Source of the DNA: the human T2T-CHM13v2.0 reference genome, Homo sapiens
Assembly (NCBI RefSeq): GCF_009914755.1
Contig: NC_060947.1
Reading direction: 5' to 3' (one strand)
Length of the DNA: 64,000 nucleotides
Within the stretch, counting starts at the first letter, position 1, and every line of letters begins with the position of its first letter. This document shows, in pieces, positions 19,056-36,875 of the stretch. A program made the position numbers and the translations under genes. Under the pieces are notes generated by a model that searched no databases, was not told the origin of the DNA, and was given only the letters and a program-made list of their open reading frames with translations.

Positions 19056-21469
19056 TATTTCTTTCAAATGTACATAATGCCAGTTTCCTCCCAAGAGTTG
19101 AAAGGTACAGGGGAGAACTTCAGTGGCTCCTGACAGACCCAAGAATTGTCTCCCATTGTTGTATCCTGGCAGAAACTCATTCTCCAAGGCAGAACCTCCT
19201 CATTTCTCACAGACGCCATGCGCCCTAGTGCACTGGCATGGCCCTTTGGGCAGGTCTCGCTTCTCCACCCCGGGGCGAGTCAGCTGTCTTGGGCCCCATT
19301 GAGTGTTTTCATTTAATAATAGAACTCGGTTACTAATAGAAGCAGCCGCCACAGTTAGACAGCAAAAACAAAATCAGTAATAGCACTCTTACTTCACGTG
19401 GAGCTGTAAGATTTAGAAAACATTTATATACGCATTGCCTGATTCGGTTTTGTTTTTTTTTTGATATAAGGTCTTGCTCTGTCACCCAGGCTGGAGTGCA
19501 GTCGTGCAAACATACATCACTACAGCCTTGAACTCGGCTCAAGCCATCCTCCCACCTCAGCCTCTCGAGTACCTGGAACTCCGAGGCCACTCCACCACTT
19601 CCAGATCCTGATTGGGCTCTTGACGCTGAGAAAATCATGACTTCCACAGCACTTCTTCACGCCCCAGCAGCGCTCTGAGGCCGAAGAGTCTGGCAAATGC
19701 ACACCAGGAACCAGACCCAGAGAGGCTCCCGGGGCCCTTGTGTCTCATCCTGAGATCTCTAAAGGGGTCAATTTGGAGGAAGGGCGTGCTTCTCCTCTTG
19801 TCACATTCATGCCTCATGTGGTCCCCTTTTCTTATAGGGGGTACCACCCAGGTAGACACCCGGAGACTGCCCCCCCCCCACCGCCCAAAGAGAGTTTAAG
19901 GAGCTTTGCAATGACGAGTTTCCTTGACAAAGACCTTCAGTTCCCGACGGCACCTGGGCTGTGGCCAGGTAGTGGTGGCCGGAATCTTTCTTGCATCGCA
20001 CCTGCTCCTTCACTGGGGAACATACCCCACCATTATTTATGGCGGCCTGGTACAGGTGGCTCGCTGCAAGATATCTGAACCTCCAGACTCGGGGCTCTCC
20101 TTGCATTTGCAAAGAATACTGGAACACGGGGCCCCTCGCAGTTCCCATGGAGAACTCCCAGGGGAGTTCTGTTGTGTCACCCTGTGGCTAAGTCTCTCTG
20201 ATCCTCCCTTGAAGGGCCCAAAAGCACAGCCTCCTCACCACGAGGGATAACACTTTGAGGCCACTCTCACGATAGGGCTTAGGTTTACAGAGGCTGGAAA
20301 TCCATCCTGGCCAGGGCCACAGACACGAACAACCTCTTCTGGCTTCTGATGGCTCCTCGTGCTTCTATGGTCCCAAGCAAAGAAACCTCCTCACACCAGG
20401 CATTCGGTGTGAATCTCCAGACCAAGTGCCCCCATGTACCCAGCCCCTTCCATCACCCCAACTCCAAGCCCCATAGGTCCACCACTCTCATCACAAGACT
20501 GCTCTGTGCTCCCCCAGCAGGACTCCTCCTCCCTCTTGCGACCTTTGCCCTGGACACTCCTCATTCTGTAGGTGACCCTGGGTGCCCACATGGCCACCCA
20601 GACTTGGTTCCGTCCTTCTCCGCTTGTGTGCTGATGGATTCCTGCATCACGAACTCCACCAGGAAAATCCCAGCTGAGCCCCAGAGCCCCCACAGGGCAT
20701 GGTTTCAGGAGCATGTCCACTCAGATATCCCACAAGCCCAACAAATCAGCGGATGACCCCCAACTGTGTCCCTTGTCTCATGGGTTGGCACCGCCATCCA
20801 CTCAGTTCCTGAACCCCAGAACCTAGGAATACTGCCAGGTTGGCTGCAGATCACCCCGTGACTCTGCTGCAAGCCTCTGGAAAAAGCCAACCATGACCTC
20901 CACATTGCCACAGATGAGCAAAGAGTCTCCCGTGAAGGCTTTGTATTGGCAGAGACTCTCTACAGGCATCCGAGTGGAGGCCCAGACCCTGGCTTGGGTG
21001 GCCCCCACAGGGAAGGCCAAAGAGCAGACCCGGGCCCTGTAATGTATCTCAGAGACCGAAATGCTCATCTCCTCCGAGAACTCAGCAGATAACCTCCAAA
21101 TCCCTAAATCGGGACATAGCAGTAGGAGCCCATCATTTAGAGACACAGAGGTTAATATTCAGAAGAAATAGCTGAAGAAAAAAAAGAGAAGTTTGCGGAG
21201 GTGGGTCTCCACGGGTGCACCACATGAAACAAGGGACTGCTGAATTGTATTTTTCATCGTACATTTCCTAGTCCTATATGGCCCTTTAAGCGGAAGGATT
21301 AATCTGATATCACTAATTATAATAACATGTGAAAAATACATCTCAACACAATAAGTAAGCCTGGGAGCTGATTCATCCACATCAGCTAATACAAATCTGA
21401 GCCATCTCTAGATTCAAGGAATGATTGTGCAATGTCTCGTGAACGTATCTATGCAGTGTTTTACTCACC

Positions 21470-21978
21470 TTGAAAATAACTACCATATGATCCAGTAATC
21501 TCACTTCTGGGTATTGATAGTCCAGATACTCCCCATGTTCTTTGCAGCACTATTCATAATAAGCAAGATATAAGAACAACCTAAGTGTTCATTGATGGAT
21601 GAATAAAGAAAATGTGGTATATACATACAATGGAATATTATTCAGCCTTAAAAAGAAGGAAATTCTGACATTTGTGACAACATGGATGGACCCTGAGAAC
21701 ATTATGCTAAGTGAATATGCCAGACACATACTGTGCGACCTCACTTATATGTGGAATCTAAAATAGTTAAACTTATATAAACAGAGAGTAGAATGGTGGT
21801 TGCCAGGGGCTGGTTGGGGCAGGGAATGGAGGGTTGATGGTCAAAGTTGCAAAGTTTCAGTTATGTAAGATAAAGAAGTTCTAGAGATCTACTACATAGC
21901 ATAATGCCTATAGCTAAAAACACTGTATTGTATACTTCAAATTTACTAAAAGAGTAGATTTTTGGCTAAGTGTTCTTA

Positions 21979-22017
<39 letters not shown>

Positions 22018-22090
22018 AAGAATAATATTAATAATAATAATAATAATAGTAATAAAAAAGAGGGTATGTGGAAAGTTAAAAAAAAAAAAA
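21470..22090 (+). mobile_element. L1MA-type 3' end with (CA)n at 21980-22013
   Basis: taccatatgatccagtaatc...aaatgtggtatatacatacaatggaatattattcagcc...gagagtagaatggtggttgccagggg. Confidence 0.85.
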
Positions 22091-23349
22091 AAGAAAAGAA
22101 CTCGAGCATAGGAGACCCTCACCAGAAACAACAATAAATTTCACTGGCAAATGCAGCATGTTAACGTGAAAATTTTGATTTCAGGAATATAGAGGAAGGC
22201 GAGCACAGTGTCAGCTGTAAAACACGCACTCACATTACTTTGAATGTTTTTGACCTTTCCTTAGCCCGGGAAATCTATTAGCCCTAGAAACCGCCAGCAC
22301 AGCAGGGAGCAAAGACGTCCTGCTTTCCCTTTGGCGAGGGACCTTGTGTTTCAGATATGCTTTACTTCCTATGAGGATGGTTCCGTTTCTGCAGCTGCCA
22401 CCTCGTCTTTCATAAGAGGAGTTATAAAATGATACTCATGCTGGGGCCACATTCCAGACCTGCTAAGTCAGACTCTCTGGGGATGGGGTCCGGCATTTGC
22501 TCTTGGACAAATGCTCCACGAGAGACCTGATGCACAGCTGACGTTGAGAGACATAAGCACACACTCCCTTTCGCCTGCCCTGATTTTTAAATATAACCTT
22601 GGACTTCATAGCCTTGTTTGTAGTTAATGAATTGGGAAAAAAAAGTAGGGGTTGCCTTCTCTTTCAAGAGCATCTTTTGACATATTTATTCTACAGCCAC
22701 GTCTAGAGCAATTTCAAGGACTTAGGAGGGTGGTTATGCCACAGCTTTACCTTTCCGACCTGATGCTCGGCAGGCCCAGGAGAGGGAGAAGAGCCTTGCA
22801 GGTGGAAAGGGGTCGAGAGTTCTGTTGTCTTGGTAACCGTGCTGCCACTCATCCCATTGGGGTGCTCAGCTCCGGCAGGGGCCCTGTGGGTGAGACAACA
22901 CCCCTCCCCACTCTGGCTGTCTTCCTGTGCTCAGAGGTTGAAGCTAAGGGCTGAGGTTGGTTACCAGGGAAACTGAAGCCAGGTCCTTGAGATTGGTGAA
23001 CAGAAAAACCGGCAGTGGAATTCAGGACGTAGCATGGATTATGGGAGCCAGCCCACAGACAGAGGATTGACAGTCACTAGTGCATGCACCCACAGGGTGC
23101 CTGCGCAGGAACGCGTGCACACCGCACACAGACACACACGTAGACATGTGCACTCACCAGCACTCCCTCTGCCCAGGTGTGCACAGTCTATCTGGCTGGA
23201 GCATCAAGTGCACGTGGAGGAGCCAGGCGACCAGGCAGGACATGTAGGCAGGATGCGGAACAGGGAAAGAGAGGGGATGTTGCTTACTGTTGTAGAAAAA
23301 AATGACTGCATACCCCTTCCTCCGTGACTTACGGTCACACTTGCACTAC

Positions 23350-24630
<1,281 letters not shown>

Positions 24631-25115
24631 TGTAGTCTTTCTATTTCCTTACATTCTCCGGGTCTACTCAGATGTCCCATGTGATCACTGCATTTGCACC
24701 TTTCTCTGTCCCAATCCTCTCTCGCCTGCTGGTGCCTTTGGTTTGGTCTCTACTCTAGAATGTCGCATGCTGGACACCTGTGGACATCACAGGACTGCAG
24801 ATCCTAGTCTGTAACTTGGGATAGTATGGTGTCTCAGACATGACCCCCAAGTCCCATCCACCCCCCATACACAGGTACAGGGACAAAGACCTGGAGGTGA
24901 GGATGTGGAGGGTGTGCCGAGTGCCTCAGTTACCTCCACCCACCCACCTTCCATGTCTGTTCCTGGAGACCCTGTGGCACTGTGCATCTGTGACCTCCCT
25001 GAGCAAGCCCCTGATGCCTGCTTTTTCCAACTGAGATCCTTCTCACTCCTTTCATCTCCTGAGACTGGGACCACATGGGATCAACCACCTGTTCTCTGAC
25101 ACAACGATGCGTATC

Positions 25116-26290
25116 TGCTAGCATTTCAATATTTGTGTTCCCTCCAAAACTCACAGTGAAATGAATCCCCACTGCAACAGTGTTGGGAGGTGTGGAATAA
25201 CAGCAGGTGTTTAGGCCATCACGGCAGAGCCCTCGTGAGTGAATGAATGCTGCTATGAAAAGAGCTTGCAGAAGTGGGTTTGCTCTCTCTTTTCCTCTTC
25301 TGCTATGTGAGGACATAACATTCTCCCCGGCTTGTCCTTCCACCTTTTGCCACGTGAGGAAATACCAGGAAGACTCTTGCCAGATACCAGATACTGGTAC
25401 CTTTGTTTTGGACTTCTCAGCATCCAGGGTCGCGAGAAATAAATTTGTTTCCATTACAAATTGCCAGCTGTCTTGGTCCATTTTGCTTTGCTATAACAGA
25501 ATACCTGAGACTCAGTAATTTCTAAAGAAAATGGGAGGCCAGGCACGGTGGCTCATGCCTGTTAATCCCAGCATTCTGGGAGGCCAAGGTAGGAGGAACA
25601 CCTTCAGGCCTGAAGTTCGAGATCTGCCTGGGCAACACGGCCAGACGCTATCTCTACAAAACATTTAAAAATCAGCCTGGCATGGCAGTACATCCTTGAG
25701 CTACTTGGGAAGCTCAGGTGGGAGGATCCCACCTGAGTTCAAGGCTGTAGTGAGCCATGATCGTGCCACTCCACTCTCGTCGGCAACAGAGCATCACCCG
25801 GTCTCTTAAAAAAAATTAAAATAAATAAATCTTTTAAAAAGAAAAAGTTGGTCTATCTGGCTCACAATTCTGGTGGCTGAAACATTCATTTTTGGGCAAC
25901 TGCATCTGGTGAGGGCCTCGGGCTGCTTCAACTCATGGTGGAAAGTGGAAGGGGAGCCGGCGTGTGCAACGAGATCACATGGAAAGAAGGAAGGGAGAGA
26001 GAATCGAGGGAGGCCAGAATCTTGTGAACAATCCACTCTCCTGCGAACTAATCCATACCTGTGAGAGTAAGAACTCAGCCCAGCAGGATGGCATCACAGG
26101 ACACTGACTCATTCATGAGGGATCCCCACCACGACCCAAACACCTCCCACTAGGACCCACCTCCCAACACTGCAGCACTGAGGATTCAACTTCAACCTGA
26201 CTCTTGGTGGGGATAAACACACCATATCCAGTCCAGAGCACCCAACCTGTTGTATTTCATGATATAGTGGAAGGACACAGACTAAGATGG
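25116..26290. mobile_element. Nested MaLR LTRs: an MST element (25116-25468, 26241-26290) interrupted by an opposite-strand MSTB-like LTR (25470-26240), itself interrupted by an AluJ (25537-25830)
   Basis: MST hallmarks ccctccaaaactca...ttggacttctcagcatccag...gagaaataaattt, and tgctataacagaatacctgagact...cccaaacacctcccactagg. Confidence 0.75.
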
Positions 26291-27810
26291 GGTCGGATCT
26301 CTCTCCCTGATGAATCGCTCAATCCCCCGGAGCGGGGCTACCTCTGCAACTCCTCCTCACCTCCCCACCACGACAGTCGACGTAGCCCAGAAGGGAGACA
26401 GGCAAGGTGAGAAAATGGAAACCCTGATGATTGCTGAAATGATGACTGTCACTGGCAGCATGGACCTGGTGTGCTTGCTGCGCTGACTGAGAAGGTCCGC
26501 AGAGAGCATCTGAGTGGTTGGGGAGTGAGACAAAGGCATGCATCTCTGGCCACCACTTTAGGACCTGCACAAACTCTCCACAAGGTGGGGATGGTTGTAC
26601 CTGGCCCACGGCACTGTGTGGAGGATTCAGCAATGGATCTCACCAAGACTTGGTGCTACCAGCTATGAAATGAGCACCAAAGCCCGGCTCTAGGCACTTC
26701 ACCCACAGCCTTCACAGAGGTGAACTGCTGAAGGGGGGCCAGCTCCGATCCCAGCCTACCTAGGTTCGGGTGCTAGTTCTACCTCTTACTGCCTGTGCCA
26801 CCGTGGGCTAGTTCCCTAACTTCTCTGGTGTTCTGCTTTCGAAATTCATAAAGCGGAACTGAAAATGTTGCTAGAGGATGGGTGTGTGGGAGTGGAGGAA
26901 GGCAGCTGACATATGGAAATGGGGAAAATACCATCAGAACCCTAGGAAACATCAGCCAAAGGGCAACGCCTCGAACCCCTTTGAAACCCTCCCGGATTCA
27001 CTGGTCTCCATTTAGGCCTTTGTGTTTCAAGAAGGAATAGCCCTGCTTTTTTTTCCCTTCTCCCCTGGAGCTAGGTCAGTTCAACTGTCGACTCTCTCAT
27101 GAGATCTCAGCATCAGAATCCAAGACACTTACCTGTTTTCAAGCCACTTCTGTCGGCAGGAGATGTGTAGACTTTTGCAGCAAGACAGCTCTGGGGACTA
27201 CCTAAAACAGACTGACACAAAGCAGAATTTGTTTTCAGTTCAGAGGAGTCACATGGGTACTGGCTGGGTTCACATCTCAGGATTCTGCAGAGGTTAAAAA
27301 AAAAGGTAGATTTAGTCATTTGTGCCTCCTGAAATTAAAAGACACACATGTCTAAATCCCAATAAGATGTTGGAAGAACCCAAGGATGCTCTGGTTCTCA
27401 CAAAGCAGGTGCAAACTGCTGCTCAGTTTCACCCACCCGGGCCCACCACACAACAAGCAATGGCGCCGCAGCCCCTAAGCCAGGGCACCAGCACCAACAC
27501 GCAGGGCTCTCACCGTGGGCGGCGGACTCTGCTTCCACGTCTCCTGTGCACAGGAAGCCTCTCTTCAAAGCCATGGCCCTGCCTCGCTGGTCTCGATGCT
27601 GGTCCCGCTGCAGGGCTCAAACAGTGACTGGGCTGTGTTCTCTGGTGCCCTCCCTCCCCCGTTCCCAGTCTCCACAGCACAGAGCTTCCCTCAATAAACC
27701 CGGATCCCCTGCTGGGAGATTTCAAGGTAACCAGCTCAGATCTAATGAGAAACAAACCAATACTGAGGAACAAACCTGAATTCTACACCCATTTTCCATT
27801 CCTACATATA

Positions 27811-27816
27811 TTTATT
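27811..27816 (-). terminator. FAM156A: Candidate poly(A) signal AATAAA of FAM156A
   Basis: tttatt on the + strand, about 670 nt downstream of the stop codon; first canonical signal I found in the 3'UTR. Confidence 0.7.
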
Positions 27817-28484
27817 TGGTATTGATGATGAGGAACCCCGTCAAAAATTCCTGTAAGGGAGACTACTACTCGACTGTTAGGGGTATTGCAACATTTACAT
27901 ACATGTAGCTTATCACATACGTAAACATTTACACAAATAGTACAGCGGTGAACCACCAAGTTCTCATTCCACATTCCTTTCCCACACTGCGTTTACCTGC
28001 CCATTCTTGAAACTGGATCTCAGGGCAGCACATTGCATTTCAACAGGCCTAGTGCTGCTTCTCAGAGGCAGTCAACTCAATGGTGCAAAAGCACAGGACA
28101 GCGACAAGGCATTCACACTACACAGACATGTGATCTCTTACTGACAGCAGGAAGGGAAGAGAGATGGAGATCCCGGGTGGGAAAGCGACAACATGCATCA
28201 CAGGAGCCATGTGAGATGCGGTGAGGACCGCTGGTACGCAGCGTCCCTTGCCAAGGAATGCCTCACAGCCATCCGAGAATGACAGGCACGAAACATGAGG
28301 ACCTTCCTCGGGTCAGTCAAGCATCATGCTGGGAGGACTCCCACGTGTCCCGGTACACAGGTCCTGGCACTCATCCGACCACAGCTTGCTGTTTGGTCCC
28401 CAAAATGGGCCCACACCCAGGCGCTGCCAACACGGCGGCTCCGTCTGAGTCCCTTCGGGTCTCCATCCCATGGGGGTGCACGTC

Positions 28485-29126
28485 TCAGTTTTCCTCTAAC
28501 CACTGCTTGAGCAGCCTCTGAAACATTATTTTGCTCTCCTGCTGCCTCTCTCGCTGGCGCTTCTCCTCTGTCTCCTGTGGCTGGAGTGCCGCTTCAGGCA
28601 GAGGCCCGGGCTGGTTGGTGCCTAGGCTGAGAGTCAAGCCACTGAGGCCCTGCACCAGCGTCTCCCAGGAGGAGGGATGTGGGGCCCTGTTACTCTCCCC
28701 AGGGATCCCAGAAAGATTCGGCCTGTGGCTCTGGCAGTATCGACATTCACATCGGAATCGATTCTGACTTCTGTCACCTAATGGGGAGATTCTGGCTTCC
28801 CTCCCAACAGCATAGGGGGCCATGTGATCGCGGTGTCTCCTCCTCACATGCCGCAGGAATGCTTTCTTCCTCTGAAGGAACTCCAGCCTCTCCCACCGCC
28901 GCTCTTCCAGGGTCTTCTCCTCTCTGTACCGCTGGCGGAGCAGCCCCTCTGGGAGAGGCACGGCCTGGCTGGGGCCAGGACCGGGGCTCAGGTTACTGAG
29001 GCCCATCATCGGCTGTTCTGAGTACGAAGGCTGAGAGGGCGCTGGACCTTCCTGGGAAGTCTCTGCAGCTGTCATCGGGGAAGATTTGGAAGGCGATGCT
29101 GGATTCCGTTTCTGGAGTGGATCCAT
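28485..29126 (-). CDS. FAM156A: Protein FAM156A/FAM156B (TMEM29), 213 aa, single coding exon; DPPA3/Stella-related
   Basis: MDPLQKRNPASPSKSS...FRCECRYCQSH...MFQRLLKQWLEEN recognised. ATG at 29126 in good context (ctccATGG). Acceptor ttttcttgtcttatcaccttgcgttgcag| opens the exon at 29243, so the 47 upstream residues in the ORF track are not coding. A rather than B is assigned from strand and arm position (recalled). Confidence 0.95.
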   Translation of the reverse strand: MDPLQKRNPASPSKSSPMTAAETSQEGPAPSQPSYSEQPMMGLSNLSPGPGPSQAVPLPEGLLRQRYREEKTLEERRWERLEFLQRKKAFLRHVRRRHRDHMAPYAVGREARISPLGDRSQNRFRCECRYCQSHRPNLSGIPGESNRAPHPSSWETLVQGLSGLTLSLGTNQPGPLPEAALQPQETEEKRQRERQQESKIMFQRLLKQWLEEN

Positions 29127-29819
29127 GGAGGTCTGGTCCCAGCTGGAAGCTCCGCCAGGCCCTCGGGTCCAGAAAAGGAGGTGAAGCTGGAGGTTCTCAG
29201 ACACCAAGAAGGTGGCGAGGAATGTGTGCGGGCAGAACCCAGACTGCAACGCAAGGTGATAAGACAAGAAAACACAGAATTATTCATCTTACTCAACCTC
29301 TCTGTCCCTCCACTTCCTGTGTGTAGAATGGGGATTATAGAGAGACCCTGTCCTAGGCTTCTTCTGAGGATGACGTGAGATCATACATCTCACCAGCTTA
29401 GAATATTAATGCCATCTAATAAAGGATTTACAAATGATACCAATTAATGCATCCACGTGACACGGGGTGCAAAAGGATGCAATGCAGTTCGACGATGTCA
29501 ATTCTCTGCTGACATTTTCCAACCCCTTCCCAAGCATCATTTGTAGAATAATCAATGTGTGACTCACAGGTGCTCTGCCCATGAGCGTTCATTTTCATCC
29601 ACTCACAAGGGAGACTTTTACTCAACTGTAAGCGTTTGCACCATGGGGACACACCCTTTTGTATGTTCGCCTTCCTGACCACTGGGTTTGCATCTAGTCG
29701 AAAAGGCTGCTCATGCCTATGGAAATCGTTTCCAAATTCCTAGTGTGGATAAGAATTTATTTTGCTAAACAACAGAAGCATAAACCCCCAGGAGACTTCA
29801 AACAGAAAAACACATAGAT

Positions 29820-33080
<3,261 letters not shown>

Positions 33081-33654
33081 GAAAAACCCAACGGCATATT
33101 TTGCGATAAGGGTATCTCTCTGTACTGTTTTGATAAATACATCTTGGATGAGTGCAACCAAAAATTGACATTAAATGCTAAATGGAAACTTTAGATCAGC
33201 CTCCCAGGCTCTATTCTTTTGACAAACGTGGAAACCAAGAATTCACTAGTTTTCTTCAGAGGATACTGGTCCTCTGAATGTTTATTCACCAAATCGTGGC
33301 TATCAGCCCACACTGGGGCAAGAAAGACAGAACCGTAACAGGAACAGTTTGAATATGTACTGAACACAAACATATATAAACACACACACACACACATCCC
33401 AGAAAGAGTTCTTAACTTTTCAGAAATTGCAATCTATCTTTCCTACGAGTTAGTTCCCTGACATCCTTTGGGCCACCACTATCTGACACAAACAGTTAAT
33501 GTGTGAAACGTTTGGAAAATGATCTTAACCCAATTATCTCCCAGCCAATTCTCATGTGTCACAAGGACTCTCTCAGGATCTATTTCTACATGTAGAAAGC
33601 CAATTCTCAGAGAGAGAAAAGACCTTACGACCCCCACCCCCCACGTTTCTTTTG

Positions 33655-34413
<759 letters not shown>

Positions 34414-35682
34414 TTACCGTCCTATGTGTAGGTTCATCCAGAGATTCTCAAACCACACCCATGGAGTTGCTCATGATCCCTGACAGAGGCATTAAGGACA
34501 GTGAGGCCTAGAGAAGTCCGTTGTGTGTGCGGAGGGGAGCAGCTGCAGCAATACATGTGACTTCCCTTCCTTCATCATCTCACCAATGTCATTTCTTCAA
34601 CAGGCACTTGCCCCCAGGTAAAAGACCTTGTATCAAAAATCTCTGCATGAAACACCACAGCCTCAAGTTTCCTGCATCATGTCATGCAGCTACCGAAGAG
34701 AGAGAAGGACTACTGGAGACAGGGAACCCAGACAGTTTACCGGTCAGACCTTCAGCATGAGAGGTGATGTCTCTGGGTACCAATCCCTCACTGTGATGGT
34801 TTTATCGGTCAACTCGGCCAGGCTTGGTGCCTGGTCCCTTTTGGTCAAATGCTACTCTAGTTGTTGCTGGGAAGGTATTTGTGGACATGATTAACATTTA
34901 CAATCACGCTGGGCACAGTGGCTCACGCCTGTAATCCCTGCTTCGGGAGGCTGAGGCGGGTGGATCACTTGAGGTCAGCAGTTCGAGAGCAGCCTGGCCA
35001 CCGGGGTGAAACCCCATCTCTACTAAAAATAAAAATTAGCCGGGTATAGTGATGGGTGCCTGTAGTTTGGGACTGCCATGGCCCTTGGCAAGACTTTCAC
35101 CTCTCATTCACCCTGCATGACTCAGCTGAGATAGCACTTCTCCCAGGAAGCCTTCTCCAAGCTCCTAAAACGCCCTGTATTTCCCCTGTCCCAGCCCCAA
35201 TCCCACTCAGCTGTCAACAGATGGTTATTTCTCTGTCAACCCACTAGCCCAGGAGCTGACAGAGGCCAGGGACTTTGTCTTGTTCACCCATCACAGAGCC
35301 TTGAGCCCAGTGGACATTCACAAATATCTATCAAATGAAACAAGAAGGATGTGGGGCCCGTGATAAACATCTCACTGAGAATGTCAAGTCAACCCTGCAG
35401 AATCCATATTTTCCCACGTTGCAAAGGCAGAAATTCCTGCATGGAGAGGTCAAGTAACTTCCCTCAGATCACACAACCACTCAGGGACAGAATTCCCTCC
35501 CAGGTCTCCCTGACTGCAGATGAACACACCCCTGGTGGCATTGCCTCTCTGGGTGTTCAGCCTCCCCTGATACCTAAGCGAGAAAGTAATCCTGAGGGAA
35601 GAGTTCAGACAGCAGAGTCCTAGGGGCTGACCCGCATGTCCACAGCTGCCCGGGGATCGGGTGCAATGCTGCGAATCCTTAC

Positions 35683-35775
35683 CGTCACTTCCTCCTGGCC
35701 AGTTCTGTTCCCATGCCAGAAATGCTGCACCAAACGCACCTCTCACACTCCCCACTCTCATTCGCTTCAATTCTC
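35683..35775 (-). other. FAM156A: Predicted FAM156A 5'UTR exon (93 bp)
   Basis: Acceptor ctgttctctttctccttccgcacag| and donor ACG|GTAAGG. Confidence 0.65.
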
Positions 35776-35947
35776 CTGTGCGGAAGGAGAAAGAGAACAG
35801 CTAAGCAAGTGAATCCAGACTACACCCTGCAGATGAGCGCCAGGAAGAGCTTTGTGTTTCTTTTCAAAATTAAGCCAGTCCCATGTGATGCTTTTTTCAA
35901 TCTTCCACAATAATATGAGATAATAAAATGCATTTATTTCAGTTTAA

Positions 35948-36281
<334 letters not shown>

Positions 36282-36801
36282 ACATGGACTTTTTTCTAGA
36301 AGTGGCAAAATCCTACAGCAAAATGTCTAAGGTCTGTGCAAGTTCTCTGGGTGCTGAAAACCGTGCTCCTAGTCTTGTGCCATGTCATGGCAAAGGAATC
36401 TAACTCCTAGCCACGCAACGCCACACAGATTGAGGAAAGAGTCTGTCCTACACATGACTTGCAGATGTTCTACATTTTTGATGCCTACACAGATCATCTC
36501 TATCCTACTGGGTCTGGAGCGGAAGAGATACAATTTTTAGCAGCTTTGTAACAAAAGAACAGGTAGTCAGTAAAGCCAGCAATGCCCACTTTCAAGAAAG
36601 AAAGAAGAAAATGAAGACAGCAGTGAAGCGTGGTGCTGGCATCAGGGGTCTCCCAGCAGGTGAGTACACAGAAAAGCAGCGGGAGTACAACCGGGAGTCC
36701 GGGGAGGGAACAGGGGAGGGACCAAGAAGAGTGGCCAGAGCAGCAAGAGGAAGACAAGGAGCAAGTCCGCTCTGGCGAGAATGGAGCTTGCCTAGACTCA
36801 C

Positions 36802-36875
36802 CCAAGGCAGTCAGGTCGCTGGGTTCACAAGGTCGATGCTGTGGGTGTAGGCCGAGTGACTGCTACACCTTTCAC
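36802..36875 (-). other. FAM156A: Predicted FAM156A 5'UTR exon (74 bp)
   Basis: Acceptor ttattttcttttgtag| and donor TGG|GTGAGT. Confidence 0.65.

Noticed and set aside
19740-21150. Cluster of 100-135 aa ORFs in non-repetitive GC-rich sequence
   Set aside because: No recognisable protein family, poly-A or TSD; overlapping ORFs on both strands are expected at this GC content.
29127-29267. 47-aa N-terminal extension of FAM156A in the ORF track
   Set aside because: It starts at a non-ATG codon within the polypyrimidine tract upstream of the 29243 acceptor, so it is intron and 5'UTR.
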